Assembly: GCA_963729625.1 (NCBI GenBank)
Contig: CAVSOU010000007.1
Span: 416,001-480,000 of the forward strand
Origin: an uncultured bacterium
GTDB taxonomy: Bacteria; Chloroflexota; UBA5177; JANWHV01
Direction: 5' to 3'
Length of the DNA: 64,000 nucleotides
A program made the translations under genes and the position numbers. How positions within the stretch are numbered: the first letter of the stretch is position 1; every line of letters starts with the position of its first letter. Under the pieces are notes generated by a model, which ran no database searches, had not been told where the DNA came from, and saw nothing but the letters and a program-made list of their open reading frames with translations. Shown one piece after another: positions 62,911-64,000 of the stretch.

Positions 62911-64000
62911 GTGACTGGACACGATGCGAAGCCGCACCTCAGTGACGACGGCGCCACAGAGCGCACCGATCCGCTGACCGGCGCCCTGCCTCGCGAAGCG
63001 CTCGCATCGGTGTTCGACACCGCCCAGCACGTCGCTACCTCAATCGGCCTGCTGATGATCGACCTGGATAACTTCAAAAGCATCAATGATGCATTTGGCC
63101 ATGCAACCGGTGATGTCGTGCTCCAGACGTTTGCGGCGGATGCTCGCTCGGTGCTCCGTACGAATGATACGCTGATTCGCTACGGCGGCGACGAGTTTGT
63201 TGTCGTGCTGCCCAGTGCGTCGCTGGCCGCGGCACATGAGGTGGCCGAGCGCGTGCGGATCTCCGTTGCCGGTCACGCCATGCCGACCACGCCGCCCCTC
63301 ACAGTGACCATCAGTGTCGGCTGCAGCTGCACGGACGCCACCACACCGCAGCTCTCGCTCACCGACCTGCTGGCACAGGCTGACGGTCGTCTCTATCAGG
63401 CGAAACGGCGCGGGCGCAATCAGGTCGTTTCGGTCGAGGACGTACCGTCGGCTGCCGAAGCGGCGGAGGTGGCCGCCGACACGCAGGGGCGCTTGATCGA
63501 GCGCGACGGTGCGTTCACTCAGGCGCTGACCTGGCTTGACGCAGTGTTGGCCGGAGAACGGGGACTCCTGCGCGTCGTAGGCGCGCCCGGCGTCGGAATG
63601 TCCCGCTTCCTGGAGGCGGTGGCGCGCATGGCGCACTTACGTGGCTACCAGGTGCTGACGCTCACCGGCAGCCCGGCACTGCGCTTTCGGCAGTATGGGG
63701 CGCTTTCGGACGCGTTGAGCAGCGCGCCGAGTGGCGAGCAGCATGACGCGCACGAGCTGTTGGAGGTTCCGGCGCCAGGCGAGGCCAGGGGATTCCTGGT
63801 GATCCTCGACCGCGTGAGCGACATTGACGCGTCAACACTGGAGCTTGTCTGGCAATTGGTCGCGCATCCAGGCGCTGGGCGCATTGGAGTGGTCGTGGGC
63901 CACAACCCGGCGGCAGCGGAGGTAGGCCGGCTGCCGGACCTACCCGTCAGGGCTGAAGTGCTGTTGCAGCCCTTCAGCGTATCCGGATTGCAGGTGTGGC
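62911..64000 (+). CDS. Diguanylate cyclase (GGDEF) fused to AAA/STAND-like domain, partial
   Basis: AAGGAG RBS + GTG; DPLTG, DLDNFKSINDAFGH, RTND, RYGGDEF, then LIERD..GAPGVGMS; frame runs to the window end. Confidence 0.9.
   Translation, partial: MTGHDAKPHLSDDGATERTDPLTGALPREALASVFDTAQHVATSIGLLMIDLDNFKSINDAFGHATGDVVLQTFAADARSVLRTNDTLIRYGGDEFVVVLPSASLAAAHEVAERVRISVAGHAMPTTPPLTVTISVGCSCTDATTPQLSLTDLLAQADGRLYQAKRRGRNQVVSVEDVPSAAEAAEVAADTQGRLIERDGAFTQALTWLDAVLAGERGLLRVVGAPGVGMSRFLEAVARMAHLRGYQVLTLTGSPALRFRQYGALSDALSSAPSGEQHDAHELLEVPAPGEARGFLVILDRVSDIDASTLELVWQLVAHPGAGRIGVVVGHNPAAAEVGRLPDLPVRAEVLLQPFSVSGLQVW

Noticed and set aside
1-64000. Genome-wide TAG recoding suggested by in-frame ambers
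   Set aside because: Many well-defined genes (alkD-like, FGGY kinase, MoaD, arginase, A2M) end at TAG at the expected position
1-64000. CRISPR arrays, tRNA, rRNA
   Set aside because: No regularly spaced repeats, cloverleaf/T-loop signatures or rRNA-like tracts noticed; nearly all sequence is protein-coding

Overview
GC-rich bacterial chromosomal window. The gene set (DUF5679, CGNR zinc finger, tandem S1C proteases plus LuxR, PBP1C/alpha-2-macroglobulin) suggests a Chloroflexota-like soil organism, which is an inference only. It holds about 45 protein-coding genes: transporters, sugar catabolism (atypical class II aldolase + FGGY kinase, UxaE), NAD-formate dehydrogenase, SthA/arginase, an ApbE/FMN-binding pair, a five-gene MoxR-DUF58-VWA operon, tricorn protease, a peptide ABC set without ATPase, pbpC + alpha-2-macroglobulin, and a GGDEF-AAA protein running off the end. 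One complete IS1380-family element (16-bp TIRs, CTAG duplication) cuts a DHA2 efflux gene from its promoter/RBS and carries a fold-back that masks its own transposase RBS. Other notable signals: a pseudo-receiver ORF joined in frame by a single TAG to an ECF sigma factor that has no canonical start; a perfect 28-bp palindrome between the MoxR operon and a CGNR regulator; a FapA-PilZ fusion; a small secreted protein with two Cys-bracketed DPDGDG repeats; and several frameshifted or truncated genes. No rRNA, tRNA or CRISPR array was recognised. All family calls come from motifs read by eye, not from database searches.
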